Assembly: GCF_009914755.1 (NCBI RefSeq)
Contig: NC_060927.1
Strand: one strand, 5' to 3'
Length of the DNA stretch: 64,000 bases
Source: the human T2T-CHM13v2.0 reference genome, Homo sapiens
A program made the translations under genes and the position numbers. This document shows, one piece after another, positions 1-17,903 of the stretch. Numbering within the stretch: the stretch's first letter is position 1; every line of letters starts with the position of its first letter. Under the pieces are notes generated by a model. The model saw only the letters and a list, made by a program, of their open reading frames with translations, did not search any database and was not told the DNA's origin.

Positions 1-1729
1 GCAACTTGGGCTACAATGCTTAGATTAGGTGATTTTACCACACAACATCAGGTGAGGGGAAATTCTGTTATGTTTTATTTAGGTTTGGAAAATAATGCTA
101 TTGATAGATCATGACAGGAACCTGTAGTATTATACCAACATACGTTAATAGTTTCAAAGTCACAGAGTCAGGAGGAGGTGAGTTTCTCCTTCCTTCCCAC
201 CTCAGAACCATGGGATTTGGTCTGTCCTGACCTTTCTGAGCAAAGGAGATAATTTTGCTTATTTTTTGTACTTTCTAGAATAAATGGACAAAGCCTGTAC
301 TTTTCTGTTTTAAAACCTTGTCTGGATGTCCAGTGTAACTGTACCAATCTTTAATTTGTAAGGTCAGTGAGAAGCTGCTGGTAATCAAAGAAGACTGAAC
401 AAAACACAGCCCACCCACTCATACCACAGCAGACATGGATTTTGCTTTTGTATGTTAGAATTGTATTACTTGTTTAAAAGCAGAAACTTGGTTTAGGGGA
501 AGAGGAATTCTATTTGGGAGCTAAATGCTATAGAATTCTTATCTCTGATTGATCCTTCTATGAATGATTTACCTTAACAATTTTCAGCTCTTTACTACTT
601 TTATAAGCACATTTATATTGTCGAAGGTCTATTAACTGTACCTTTGGATGCCTTGTTCAGAAAATAGTGTTACTTTTAATTATTTAGGTTTGTAAGAAGT
701 ATCTTTTGCTACTTAAGGTGTAGCATTTTCTGGTCTTCAAAGGAGCCCTTGCTCATGGTTGTACTGCTGGAGAGCACATTTGTGGTTCCCTGGAGACAGC
801 ATCAAAGACTCCAACAGCAGCTGTATCAACAGAGATGTGTTTGTACATTATTGTGATTTAAAAAGTACTTTGAGGATTGGGCATTTTGCAACAAAATACA
901 AGCTTTGTTCTCTGGAATAGTAGGGGATTTGGCAAAATTACTTCAAAAAGAAAAGGATTTTGCACTAAAAAGTGAATAATTCTAATTCTTCATCTAGTAA
1001 AATAATTTCATCCCAGTAAGTAGTGTTTTTAGTCCCTCATTATTTGACACATTTGACCATTTAAATATATGGTATTTATTCACCAAAGATGCCATTAAAT
1101 TTTCTTTGTTTCATGGTTACTAACAGCCTGCCTTGTACATTTTGGCCAGAAGAGAAGAGATAAACCCCAGTTTTTATCAGCTATAGGCCTGAACTCTCAA
1201 CAGTAGACTTGAAATCTTTTTCTCTACCTCTCCCTTCCAACACTTTGGTGACCATATAGCAAAAGAACTAAATGTTTCTTGTGTGGTTATTAGTTATCTT
1301 CTGTTCATATGAATTTGTAGTAGCTTTGTCAAGGAACCTTTCAAATTCGATGAGTACTTTTCTGTTGAGTATGATCCTAAGTGATTACATTTTCATTTAA
1401 TTCCTTTCTCTTAGGAGAGCAACGCTTTATGAAATTTATACATTTAAACTAATATTCTTAGATGCCTATCAGTGGGGAAGTTTTCATTGTCTTAGTGAAA
1501 AAAATGAAGAGTGGGAATAATTTATTTTCTTCAGAACCACAAAAATGGGACAGAAATCCTGATTTCCTGATCCTAGTGAGATCATCTGCCTTTTAGGCTG
1601 CTTCAAAGAATGTTACAGATTGTCCAGGTTATGAAGCTCTTAAAAATTTGTACAGATTTTTAATGTATGCTGAAATCATAAACAATGACTGAAACCTCAG
1701 TTTTTGAAAATTCCTAAGGAATTGATTGA

Positions 1730-2025
1730 TTTTTTTTTTTTTTTTTGAGACGGAGTCTTGCTCTGTCACCCAGGCTGGGGTGCAGTAGCATAATCTTGGC
1801 TCACTGCAACCTCCGCCTCCTGGGTTCAAGCAATTGTCTGCCTTAGCCTGCCAAGTAGCTGGGATTACAGGGACCTGCCACCACAGCCCGCTAATTTTTT
1901 GTGTTTTTAGTAGAGACGGGGTTTCACCATCTTGGCCAGGCTGGTCTTGAACTCCTGACCTTGTGATCCACCCACCTTGGCCTCCCAAAGTGCTGGGATT
2001 ACAGGCGTGAGCCACTGCGCCCAGC
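1730..2025 (-). mobile_element. Alu (S-type)
   Basis: Alu consensus, poly-T, TSD GGAATTGAT. Confidence 0.92.
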
Positions 2026-2349
2026 TGGAATTGATAATTTAACTGGTTATTTTCTGGCTAGAAAACAATGTATACTTTTGTAAAAGTATTCTTTTAATTA
2101 TTTTTACCTTATACAAATGAAATTAAATTCATACTTTTCTCCTTAAACATCGTAGACTGAACAAAACTGCTTGGTAATTTACTTGATGATGTGATATTAT
2201 TCTTTTGCTTTAATATACCAATAGATCCTTTTTTCCCTCTAACATTTATTTAATACTTATTGTAGGCTAGGCACTGCTCTAGGCATGATACTGATGTAGT
2301 CATTTACTAAATAGTCTCAGGCTGCAGTGTTTTGAATTCTTGGCTGAAT

Positions 2350-2690
2350 TGAGCATAATGTTAAGAACACGAATTCAGGAACCAGACTGTTAAAATTTGA
2401 ATCCTGGCTCTACTGCTGATATGACATGTGACCATAATATGACATGTGACCCTATACCATAATACTGGTAAACACCTAAAAGAACAGTAACTTTTTAATA
2501 CCAATGAAGTTATTTCTTCAGTTGTCCCCTAAATGTCTATAACCCTTCTTTGCCTCCATTTTTGCATCTGTACGTGGGGTCAGTGATGTAACCTACCTCA
2601 TAGGGATTGTTATGAGGATTAAAAAGAACACATAAAATGTTTGAAATAGTGCCCCACACATAGTTGCTATGTAAAGTTATTACCACCACC
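2350..2690. mobile_element. MIR fragment
   Basis: TTGAATCCTGGCTCTAC and ACCTACCTCATAGGGATTGTTATGAGGATTAAA core. Confidence 0.6.
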
Positions 2691-2977
2691 AGGAATACTG
2701 TTATTACTATGACTTCACAGTGCTGTCAGCCAGCTTGCCCCATCTCCTCTTTAAATTTCTCTAATCTAGGAAAAGACAACCAAACTAAGGGTAAAATGAG
2801 AGTAAATTGACTGTATGAAGCCTGAGATTTCCCACAAGAAAACATGCTGTGTATACCTTGGCATTACATTTTGGTTGCTGAGAACTTTTGTTTCTTAGAC
2901 AAGCCTTTAATAGGCCATGCTTATAAATGAATCTTGAATAAGAAAAAGTATGAGATAAAGTTCATTTTAATAAATAG

Positions 2978-3115
<138 letters not shown>

Positions 3116-3329
3116 TAAAATGAATAAAATGTAATCACTGAAGAATAATATTTTTAAAAGTTTGTTGCTTCAGATGTCTTAGTTGCAGAAAACTTTATTA
3201 CCTTATGAGCATGCCGCATCTAGATTTATCAAACAGCAGCTTATTAAAATGTTTGTTTCTGTAGTGTTTGGTATATTTAACAATAATGGCTTAGATTTTG
3301 GAATGTAATATATGCTTTTGTAGCCATTA

Positions 3330-3586
<257 letters not shown>

Positions 3587-4186
3587 AGAAATGGTGTTTA
3601 TGAAAATTTTCTTGAAACAAGATACAATCAGTGAGTAAAATAGGATGTATATTTGCAGATACAGAATGATCATAACAATGTTAAAAATAAAAAAGGAAGT
3701 ATGCCTCTGGCTGTTGGGTTATAGGAGATTTTCCCTTTGTTTTCCTCTATTCAGCTATTCTACAGTTCATGTGTATTATTATTTTTTAAAATTTTGAATT
3801 AAGGCATTGTTATGATTACAAAAGAAATACATATATTTGTGGAAATATATACAGCATAACAACCACAAAGGATAAAATAAAAATCTGTTACCTACCACCT
3901 ATAGGTAAAACAGATGAGGTCTTGGTGCTTACCTTTTTACCTTTTTGCCCTATGCACATATGTAACAGAAATGGAATTAAAACTGTACACAGCATTCTGA
4001 GCATTTTATTATAGAAGTTTAAGCACATGCAAAAGTGTAGAACTTGTATAATGAACTCCCATGTGCCCATAACCCAGCTTTAACTGGTATCAACATTTAG
4101 CCAGTGTTGTTTGATTAGTATCCTCATCCTTTCCTCCCCACCCAACTCACTGGATTGTTTTAAAGCAAATCCTTGCTAGCATACTA

Positions 4187-4517
<331 letters not shown>

Positions 4518-5060
4518 GACTGGTAATTCCTTAATATCATAAAATAATTTCTTCAGTTGTCTCATACATGTGTTTTTATGGGTGATTTGTTTAAATTTGA
4601 ATTCTAGTAGGTCTACCTGTTGCATTTGGATATGTCACTTAAGATTCTTTAAATCAATACAGTTTATTTTACATTTTAAAAAAAACCTTACAAAACAGTG
4701 AAAACATTTGCTCAATTTATTAAGTATTCTTTTGTATAATTTTAAAATGTACATGGCACAGATGTACTTTTTCTTTGCCAGTACATTCTGTTGTTTTTAC
4801 ATTAAAAAAATTGATTGTGTAAATTTACATATCTAAATATATAAATATTTTGGGTAATTTATTGTATTCACTAAATCAACATGAAGAAATATCTAATGTA
4901 GGAGGACTTAAAATAATTCTGCTGGTTGTGACATGACTAAATACTCAACATTTGGTGGAGTATGGATACCTTAATTGTAATCTTTGTTATTATTTTTAAA
5001 TTCAGGCCTTTAATTATTACAGCATATTTTCCAAGAATGAGGAATAACATATGAAGCTAG

Positions 5061-5273
<213 letters not shown>

Positions 5274-5372
5274 TAATTTCAGAATTTGTAAAAGGCTTGT
5301 AAATAGCTTTAGAACTTTTCTTTGGAAATTCTTATGAAATATTGTCTATTAATTTTAAGGGAGCCTAGTTTT

Positions 5373-5680
<308 letters not shown>

Positions 5681-6363
5681 TTACTGTTTCTTTTGCATTA
5701 TATGTTAGATTTTTCATGTACATTTATGGGTTTGTTGTAGTCTTAAATTTGATTTTTATATAATTAAAGATCTATATGATTGTATGCAGCCCTCAAAGGG
5801 GAGCTTTGTTCCAAAAGTTTATCTATAAATCATAGTTTGTGGACTGCTGTAGAGAAACTACTATAAATTGTGATTGAATAGGTTTCCAGTCACCCCACAA
5901 CATCTATTTCATTTCACAATGTGGATGAATTTAGTTTATACTTCTTTTAAATTCATCTCTAGTGCATTGTATTTTTGTTTCTCTTTCCATCATATTTTAG
6001 TTAAATTATTAGCTTGATAGGCCTATGTGTGGTAAGCACAGCAGAAACATTATTGCTGGTGTGGACAAAAGAAAGAATTTGATAGTGGAGAATGAATTCC
6101 TTTCCCTCTTCTTGCCAAAATTATAGCAACAACTGCCCATCATGGAGTAGGTGATAATCTGTTTAGAAAACCCTTTTGCTTCCCAGGAATATGGGCTATG
6201 CCTATCTTTACCTATCCCTTTAATTCAGATTGGCCATTCTTATGTTTGACATATATATAGATCAGGTATTACTAAGTGCTAATGTTTAGTAAATACTGAA
6301 TGTATAGAAGTCTTCTGTTTCTTTCCCTTCTCTCTCAACAGACTAGGTAAGAAAACATGCTTA

Positions 6364-6727
<364 letters not shown>

Positions 6728-6909
6728 GGCTGTTATAAAGCGTTTTGACTGTGTGTTTTCCTTGGGTTTTGGATCTGTGAACCAATGATTGTTAAAATAA
6801 GTATAAGGGAAAATATACTTTCATGTAGTTTCACTTTGTCTTTCTCTAAATGCACTAACATAGTATTATATATTTGTAAACAAGTGTTATGTCCAATAAC
6901 AGCCCCTGA

Positions 6910-7155
<246 letters not shown>

Positions 7156-7344
7156 TAAAATATGATTCAGTTATTGTAGTTTTTAAAAGTGAATACAGGC
7201 CTGGTTTGCTTTGAGCTAAAGTTGCTAGATTTACTTTGGCGGTAAAGTAAAAGGTTCAAATAATTTTGAGGATTGTTTGATCCATAATTGTTATTTTATT
7301 TTTGTGGTTATAAACATTTTTTAAAAGATTCTTTAGTTAAAAAT

Positions 7345-7640
7345 GTATACTTCTGAAACAGTGGTTATACTGGGGTTGGAGTTGGGGAGGAAGTGGGGAG
7401 ATTTAGGTCAAAAGGATACAAAATAGCAAATAGGTGTGATGAACAAGTCGAAAGACCTAATATGCAATGTGGGGACTCTAGTTAATAATAGTCTATTATA
7501 TTGAAGATTTTTGCTAAATAAGTAGATTATAGCTGCTTTTGCCACAGAGGGGAAATTGGGAATATGAGATGATAGGTGCATTATTTTGTTCCACAATAGT
7601 AACCATTTTACTATGTATGTGTTTTTTATAACGTGTTGTA
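7345..7640 (+). mobile_element. L1MA-like 3' end
   Basis: GGTCAAAAGGATACAAAATAGCA...TTTGCTAAATAAGTAGATT. Confidence 0.65.
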
Positions 7641-8130
7641 TAATGCACAGAAATTTATTTTTAAAAAATAATTTAAAAATTAAAAATTTCTAGAGTTTAT
7701 ATATATAATTCTTCCAGTTTATTTGGTGGTATCCCTATTTTAATTTATTTGCCTATAAAATATTACAGTGTTCAGGTGAAAAGTAAAATTTCTGGGGTGT
7801 TACCTTATTGAGCTTGGAAGGAAGTCCTAGAAATATAGGCATTGAACAAGTAAATTGAAGTGTGCTGAATGTTAGAAAGGTGAAATATAGAGTGCTATGG
7901 GGATGTATAATGGGGGCAACCTAACTTACCTTGGAGGTCAGGGATGGCTTTCCCATGGTAAGTGGCATTTGAGACCAGACAGATGTGCAGGTGGTTGTGA
8001 TGGGGGTTGTAGTGGGGGTCGTGGTGGTGGGCAGCACTCATGAGGCCAGAAAGAATTGTTGTAGTTCCCAGTGCAATAGATCAGATAGTTAGAATTTTAG
8101 TACCAAAAGAAACTTTAGACATAGTCTAGA

Positions 8131-8315
8131 CTAGTGGCTTGGCTGTACAACCTTGAATGCACATTAGAACTATTGGGGGAGCTCTTAAAAATCCTAATGA
8201 CTATTTGCATACATGAGTAATTAAATGAAAATCTCTTGGTGATGGGACCTAGGCATCAGTTTGTTTAGAGCTTACTAATTAATTTCAGCGTGTAGCCAAG
8301 GTGGAGAACCGCTAA
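8131..8315. mobile_element. MER5-type hAT DNA transposon fossil
   Basis: TGCACATTAGAA...GGAGCTCTTAAAAAT...GGAGAACCGCT. Confidence 0.6.
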
Positions 8316-8452
8316 TCTGGACCTTGATAGTTAACTGACTCTTATTTTTTACTACTTTCTAAGTGATACCACACTGTATGAGGTATAAGTGTTTTGTATG
8401 GTTCTCTACCCTGGTTGCTTGTTAGAATCAACTGAAGCACTTTTTCTTTTTT

Positions 8453-9225
8453 TAAATAACGACTTTATTGAGATATAATTTATATTCCATAAAATTCACC
8501 ATTTTAATGTGTACAATTCACTGGTTTTAATTATAGTCACAGAGTTGTACAGCCATAACCACAACCAATTTTAGAACATTTTATCACCCCAACAAGAAAT
8601 CCCCTTCCCGTTAGTGGTCAACTCTCCATTTTCCCCCAAAATGGGGGGAATGATTGGTATGATTCTGTATATAAGGAATCATACCTTATATGTTTTTGTG
8701 ACTGCCTTTAATGTTTAGCATTATGTTTTCTAGGTTCATATTGTATCATATATCTTATTTCATTTCTTTTTTTGCCAAATTTTTTATTGTATGCGTATAC
8801 CGCATTTTATTTACCTATTCATCAGTTGATGGATATTTGGATTGTTTTCACTTTTTTACTATTATGAGTATGAAGCTGTGAACGTTCATATACAAGTTTT
8901 TGTGTAGATGTGTATTTTCATTTCTGGGATATGTGCCTACAAGGGGAATTGCTGGACCATATGGTAATTATGTTTAACCTTTTCTGGAATTGCCGGATTT
9001 TTCCATAGCAGCTGCATCATATGTTCTCACCAACAGTCAGTGGAGATCCCAGTTTCTTCACATCCTTGTCAACATTTGTCTTTTTGATTATAGCCCATCC
9101 TAGTGAGTGTGAAATGATACCTCATTATGGTTGTTGACTTGCATTTCCCTAATGGCTAATGATGTTGAGCATCTTTTTATGTGTTTATTGGCAATTTATA
9201 TTTCTTCTTTGGAGAAATGACTCTT
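8453..9225 (-). mobile_element. L1MB-like 3' fragment
   Basis: CTTTATTGAGATATAATTT...GATGTTGAGCATCTTTT. Confidence 0.8.
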
Positions 9226-9844
9226 TACCCAAAGTACTTTTAAAACATACTGGTCCCTAGAGTTTTGTTTTTTTTTTTCCAATAAATCTTTTGCACTCCT
9301 ATTTTTTCCACAGTAAGCCTTTAGAGTTTCAGATATAAGTGGACTGCAAAGAGCATAGGTATAGATATTTTTAAATCTCTCCAGGTGATTCTGATATGCA
9401 CCAGGATGGAGAACCTCTGTGCTACCTTGAAGCCATACTGCTTTATGTAAGGAAAACAGACTTAAAGATACCAGAAAACAAGGCTAAGGTCATGGCAGAG
9501 CCAAGACTTGAATTCATATTTAGGAGTCATTTTGTTGTACTAGGTCTCTCAACTGCCTATATTTTAGCACTTCTCATGGCCACCTCTTGCTCTAACAGCT
9601 AGCAATAGCAAGAGATAAGATGTCCCAGCTTTGCCTCTGGAGAATGGTGGTGATGGTAGTTAGGAACAGTGGGGAAAGACTTTTGCATTATGCTTTGTAA
9701 CATACTGTGTTGTCAGGTTTCTCTAGTTATTGCTTCCATGACTTCCATATGGAACAGCCCTCCAGCCAGGGCCAGCATTAATAGCCCTGGAAGGAACCCC
9801 GAGCCCCACAGAATGCTGCTGGAACTCCATTTTAACATATCTTC

Positions 9845-10657
<813 letters not shown>

Positions 10658-11128
10658 CTAGCATGTCTTATTACAGTTTCACATATAAGATGGCAGAATC
10701 CCGTCAAGCACAGTGCCTTGTACTTGAGAGCAACACTGCAGTATACAGTTGTTAAATGAATAATTGCTGTTGCAGTGGCTGACTCTCAGAGATGCCCCAC
10801 TTTTTTGGAAGATGAGATCATGAACTAGGCAATTGTTTCTATAGTGTATGCCTCTACTCACTGTGTGTTCTGCCTTAGCATTCTTTTGCCTTGCATTTAT
10901 ACAGTAGGGTAAGTATTAAGACTAAGGAGGAGGTAGTCATACCAGTATGAATCTAGTTCTGTGTCTGGGCATCTCAATTGCCAACCTGGGGCCTTTTCTA
11001 TAAAACTTCCTTCCACCTGCAGTATCAAAAAGTGATAGATTGAGAGTCATACAAATCCTGACATTGACCTCACATCTTAGATTTTAGAAATTATTTTTAT
11101 TTTTCCCTTTAAATTACATTGTAAAACA

Positions 11129-11258
11129 TTTTTTTTTCTTTTTTGATAACAAGATCTTACTATGTTGTCTAGGCTGGTCTTGAAAACCTGGTCTCAAGTG
11201 ATCCTCCCTCCTCAGCCTCCTGAGTAGCTGGGACTACACGTACATGCCACTCTGCCCT
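11129..11258 (-). mobile_element. Alu monomer (FLAM-like)
   Basis: Single arm. Confidence 0.75.
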
Positions 11259-11301
11259 GCTTAAAACACTCCTTATTAATGCTGTCATGTTAAAACTGTG
11301 A

Positions 11302-11620
11302 GGCCAGGTGCAGTGACTCACACCTGTAATCCCAGCCACTTTGGGAGGCCAGGGCAGGCAGATCACTTGACCCCAGGAGTTTGAGACCAGCCGAGGCAAC
11401 ATAGTGAGACCCTGATCCTACAAAAAAAATTTTTTTAATTAGCCAGGCATGAGGGCATGCATCTGTAGTCCCAGCTACTCAGGAGGCTAAGTGGGGAGGA
11501 TCACCTGAGCCCAGGGAGGTCGAGGCTGAAGTGAGCCATGATCCTGCCACTACACTCCAGCCTGGGCAACAGTGAGACCCTGTCTAAAAAAAAAAAAAAT
11601 TAAAAAATTAAAAAAAACTG
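11302..11620 (+). mobile_element. Alu (J-type)
   Basis: Full dimer. Confidence 0.9.
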
Positions 11621-11749
11621 TCATTCATTTCATTGACTTTTTTACATGAGGCTTTTTACTTCATTTTCTTTACAGTTTGCTTTTTTAGAGATGGGACCCC
11701 TACAAAAATACCACTTGTTGAAATATTGAGTTAGATATGGAAGGGGGCA

Positions 11750-11980
11750 GTATGGCATAATGACTTAAGGTCCAGTTTCTGTATACAAGTCTTAGCTCCA
11801 TCACTTCTTGGCTATTTTACCTTCAGTGAGCTACCTGACTTTAGTTGAGCCTCAGTTTTCCCATCTGTAAATTGGGTATATATTTCATAGGATTGTTTGA
11901 TAAAATGTAAGATAAAATGAAATAACTTTGTAAAATGCTTATTACATTGTCTGGCACATGGTATTTCCTCAATAAATAGT
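11750..11980. mobile_element. MIR fragment
   Basis: GAGCCTCAGTTTTCCCATCTGTAAA core. Confidence 0.65.
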
Positions 11981-12274
11981 TGACTTTTATTATGATGGCC
12001 TGTGCTTTGACCTGTTTATAAGTTTTTGCTGATTCATTAGATACATTCTTGCCTCCTTCCCTTGTAATAGTAGAATGTATCTCAGTACAAAAGCTGAATG
12101 GAGTAAATTTATAGAATTGAGGAATTAGTGAAGCCTACTGGTCTAACTGAAGATTGAGTTAGTCAGCATCTTGTTAACAGTAACACCATACTTTAACCAA
12201 ACTGTCTGGAATTAACTGTGTTTTCAGTATTGCTTTTTGTTTTTAACTGTACGGGTTAAAAAGTAACTACCTCT

Positions 12275-12586
12275 GGCCCGGCATGGTGGCTCATGCCTGT
12301 AATCCCAGCAATTTGGGAGGCCGAGGAGGGAGGATCGCTTGAGCCCAGGAGTTCGAGACCAGCCTGGGCAACATGAAGAAACCCTGTCTCTACCAAAAAT
12401 ACAAAAATCGCCTGGGCATGGTGGATGTACCTGTAGTCCCAGCTGCTTGGGAGGCTGAGGTGGGAGGGTGGTTTGAGCCCAGGACGCAAAGAGGTTGCAG
12501 TGAGCCGAGATCACGCCATTGCACTCCAACCTGAGTGACAGAGCTAGACCCTGTCTTAAAAAAACAAAACAAAAAAAACCCAAAAA
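12275..12586 (+). mobile_element. Alu (J-type)
   Basis: Full dimer. Confidence 0.9.
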
Positions 12587-13102
12587 ACATGTAATTATCT
12601 CCCTATATCCAGTAAGATCCACTACCAAATATCTGGTATCTTTTAAGAGTTTTTTTCCATGAAGTATTCTGTTTGAGTTATCACAAACATGGACACAAGA
12701 AAATGAACTAATGTGAACATAATAGTATCTAACAAATCCTCTGGGCTCGAAAGGTTTTCTAAGAGTGCTGTGTATGTGGGAGTTAGAAGATAATGCTTCT
12801 GAATTTGAGATCAGGGACTGAGCATGGAAAGAGGAAGTAACTATACTTCCTGAGGAGTGAGTCTAGTTCATGGACCACATCTGGAACTGCTCCAAGGGTT
12901 TGTTATCTCTGGGCTCAGATGCTTGGGTGCCTGGGTAGAGGGACAGTACTTTTCAGATCAAGACTGTGAGTGGCTGCTGTGACCCGTGGCAGAGGAATCT
13001 TCTTAGAGCTGAGCAGGCTGAGATGCTTCCTGAGATGATGACTAGAAACTGTAGGAAATCCATGGCCCAAAATGCATCTGTAGGTGCTTTGTAATTATTT
13101 CT

Positions 13103-13215
13103 AACTTTTATTCTAGGTTTAGGGGTACGTGTGCAGGTTTGTTATATAAATAAATTGTGTGTTACGGGGGTTTGGTGTACAGATTATTTCACCACCCAGG
13201 TAATAAGTAGAGTAC
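13103..13215 (-). mobile_element. Old L1PA 3'-end fragment
   Basis: GGGGTACGTGTGCAGGTTTGTTATAT. Confidence 0.7.
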
Positions 13216-13888
13216 CTTCTTTCTACTTTTGAAGTCTCTGACAGGAAAAGGTAATATTTGTTTTTAAAAAGCCTTTAGATAAAAATGTTAATGTACATGT
13301 TTGGTGCCTTTTACTTTAAAACAACATTCAGATCCAATTTTTCCATTTTGCTCTCACAATAACCCTTAGAAGTAGGACAGTTATTGAACAAGATGAGTAT
13401 TTTGGCACCTTCTGGAATTTGCTCTGAGGAGTTGGTACTTGGGCCGCTTCAACAGTTTTTAAGGCCATTATTTCTGAAATGTTCACCTGCCCATTTCAGA
13501 CTTGTACTTTGCTAAAGGACATTCCTGATTGAGTATATAAACTGTGGAGCTAACCTGAAGCCTAGTTTCTAGAAGTTCCTCTTTTTTGGCAGAGAAGGAA
13601 GGACTCCCCAGATCTCCTTTTGGGATCTCAGCCTTATCAAAATAACCTAAATTTGTTTTCAGTGATCCCTGTAGTTCTCTCACTGGAGTGCTGCCTGGGT
13701 TCACCTGTGAGAATGTCCCTAGAGTGGCTTTAGACCTACTGTTTCTGCAACTTTTGTCAAGTCAGGGACATTGAAAAAGGTATTAGCAAGAGACCTCTGC
13801 CTGCTACTGTCAGGTAGGCTTCCAGTGAATGCTGTGGAGGGTATAGCAGGAAGATTGGTTACTGATGTGATTATTTCTGATCTGTTAA

Positions 13889-14053
<165 letters not shown>

Positions 14054-14643
14054 TGAAAGTAGGAACATTTAATGAAAAATAGATTTATGTAAAGCTATAG
14101 TTAGGTGGGTTTTTTTTTTCAAGGAAGAGAAAGAAAAGTCCTAATTATAGATCATTACTGTTTAAACCAAAGGGGTAAAATTATTGGCATTTCAAAATAA
14201 CTTTTTTTGCCCTTCACTCATGTTAGTTCAGCTTATTTGATATGAAGTTCACTTTTATTGTTTTACATGTATGTGTAAATGTAACTATTTACAACTAATT
14301 ACAAATAAATATTACAACTCATATTTACATATATGTAATAAATATGAATATGTACATGTAATATATGATACATATATCAGTTCAATTGAGAACTTTGTTT
14401 AAATTGTTGATGGTGTGTATAAGAATTGGTATACAGTCACAAGGAAAATGACTTAAGGTTATCAAATGGTTAATATAAAAGAATATAAAGTATAACGCTG
14501 TGCTCTATCATTCTGTATTTTATTTTCAATGGGAAGTCTTACTTTAGGTCAGTGGTCCTTAAACCTTTTGGTGTCAGGACCCTTTACACTCTTAAAATTT
14601 GTTGATGATCCATATGGATTATATTGAGAAGTTGTTAAAACTA

Positions 14644-14942
14644 GACTAGGCGCAGTGGCTCACGCCTGCAATCCCAGCACTTTGGGAGGCTAAGGAAGGT
14701 GGATCACTTGATGTCAGAAGTTTGATACAAGCCTGGCCAACATGGCGAAACTTGTCTCTACTAAAAATACAAAAATTAGTCGGGTGTGGTGGCGTGTACC
14801 TGTAATCCCAGCTACTTGGGAGGCTGAGGCAGGAGAAATCACTTGAACCTGGGAGGCGGAGGTTGCAGTGAGCCGAGATTGCACCACTGCACTCCAGCCT
14901 GGGCAACAGAGTGAGACTCTGTCTCAAAAAAAAAAAAAAAAT
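14644..14942 (+). mobile_element. Alu (S-type)
   Basis: Full dimer. Confidence 0.92.
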
Positions 14943-15127
14943 TAAGGAATTTTAAATGTTTATTAATTTATTTAAAAGTAATTATAAATTTATTACATGT
15001 TGATATAAGTAGCCTATTTTAAAATAAACAACTATTTTCCAAAAGAAAATTAGAGTAGTGGCATTGTTTTATGTTTTTGCAAATCTCATTAATGTTTGGC
15101 TACATCAAAGATGGATTATCATATCTG

Positions 15128-15407
15128 CTTTTTTTTTTCTTTTTTTTTTTTTTTGAGATGGAGTTTCACTCTTGTCGCCTAGGCTGGAGTGCCGTGGCTC
15201 CCAGGTTAAGCGATTCTTCTGCCTCAGCCTCCCAAGTAGCTTGGATTACAGGTGCCGGCCACCATGCCCGGCTAATTTTGTAATTTTAGTAAAGACGGGG
15301 TTTCACCACGATGGCCAGGCTGGTCTCGAACTCCTAACCTCAGGTGATCTGCTCACTTCAGCCTCCCAAAGTGCTGGGATTACAGGCCTGAGCCACCACA
15401 CCTGGCC
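15128..15407 (-). mobile_element. Alu with small internal deletion
   Basis: Alu consensus. Confidence 0.9.
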
Positions 15408-15941
15408 CTTATTTCAATCTGTGATAATATCACATATCATGTAGGCGTTGGAAAATTCTATTGTTCATTTTCGAGGGAATATATATGCAAAAGGCAGGTA
15501 AATTCTACATATTTGTGTAACAATAGTTTTGACCTTACAGATCCTTTGTAAAGAATCCTGGGGACTTCTACGAGGTCCCCAGACCACACTTCTGGTTAAC
15601 TGCTGCTCTTCTGGTTAACTTGAGATCTTTCTAAAACAATGATTGGGTCCTAGGAGACTATATGTTCATATCCTTTTATTATGTATTACTTAACTTTTCT
15701 TCAGGAAGAATCCCATTTCTTCCCATTATTAACTGTGTGATCTAAGACAGCCTCTGAGCTTCAATTCCTCATCTGCAAAGTGGAAATAATAGTACTGTAC
15801 CTACTTCAGAGGATGATAGGATGAGTTAACAATCAGGAAATGGGTAATTGGAGAATTCTAACTGGTTTCACTTCTGGGCTCATTAAATCTCAAACCTCAG
15901 TAACCTGTTCTTTAATTCCCTCTTGGCCACAGTCTTGTCAG

Positions 15942-16232
<291 letters not shown>

Positions 16233-16448
16233 GCCTAGTCTTGTCAAAACTGTAGCTTCTCTGAGATTCATATGTTGCCACTGAATCTACCTATTTATGT
16301 TAAGGTAGTAAACTATTTTTCTTAGGCATTTTAATAATAGAGGTCTCTCTGCCTAGGAAATGCCATTTCTGATGCCAGAGCTCTGAATTCGTGCTGATAG
16401 CTGGAGGTTTAAACTGAGTGGTTTCTCTTCAGCTGATATGCCAGATAG

Positions 16449-16775
<327 letters not shown>

Positions 16776-17221
16776 TCAGATAGTTTACTCTTGCTACTAG
16801 TATCATGTTGATGAAATAGAGTTTTTTAAGTATCATGAGATGAAACAATTAAAAAGTAATTCCTAAACCACTGTGAGCAATGCAGTGGTAACTTTCGTTG
16901 AGCTAAGTGAGCTTAAAGATGACTGTGTATTGCTATTCTGTTTGTATGTACCTCTTCTAATCTGTGTTTGTAATCGTAATTTTTAAAGCAACCACAAAAA
17001 ACATTAGTAGCATTATGTATTTTAAAAGCCTTGTGGTCAAGTGTGATGGCAATTACATGGGCTGTGGAATCTCAGGCTTTTTTCTGTTCCCAACACCACT
17101 CACTAGCTCTGTGAGCTTGAGAAAGTAAAGTAATCCAAGTTCCTCGCCTGAAAAAAATGGGGAGTAATTGAAATCTACTTTCTCACCTGTAAAATGGGGA
17201 GAAATGTGTTTACTTTCCAGG

Positions 17222-17373
17222 CCTGTTTTGAGAATTTAAATCAGAGATATTTTTAATGATACGTGATAATAGTTTAGTATTAGCTTAGTATTGCACACCT
17301 GTTGTGAGAATTTAAGTAAGAGATATTTTTAATGGTATGTGATAATAGTTTAGTATTAGCTTAGTATTGCACA
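17222..17373. repeat. 76-bp tandem duplication
   Basis: CCTGTT..TATTGCACA x2 (17222, 17298). Confidence 0.9.
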
Positions 17374-17556
17374 AAGAGTGCACTAAATATATGTGTTCCC
17401 GTTAATTCTCTTTAGCTGTTAAAAATTTTTTAAATTTAAACTTGTAGATGGAATTATTTCTGTATCTAATGAAAGTTGAATGATCTAAAAATATTACTTC
17501 ATGCAACTTAAAACACAGTTGGGCTGTAGAGTTGCTTATAAATTAACAACTCTTAG

Positions 17557-17903
<347 letters not shown>

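Larger units (their letters stand above)
14550..15605. mobile_element. hAT-Charlie fossil interrupted by two Alus
   Basis: CAGTGGTCCTTAAACCTTTTGGTGTCAGGACCCTTTACACTCTTAAAA start; GGTCCCCAGACCACACTT...ACTGCTG end. Confidence 0.6.
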
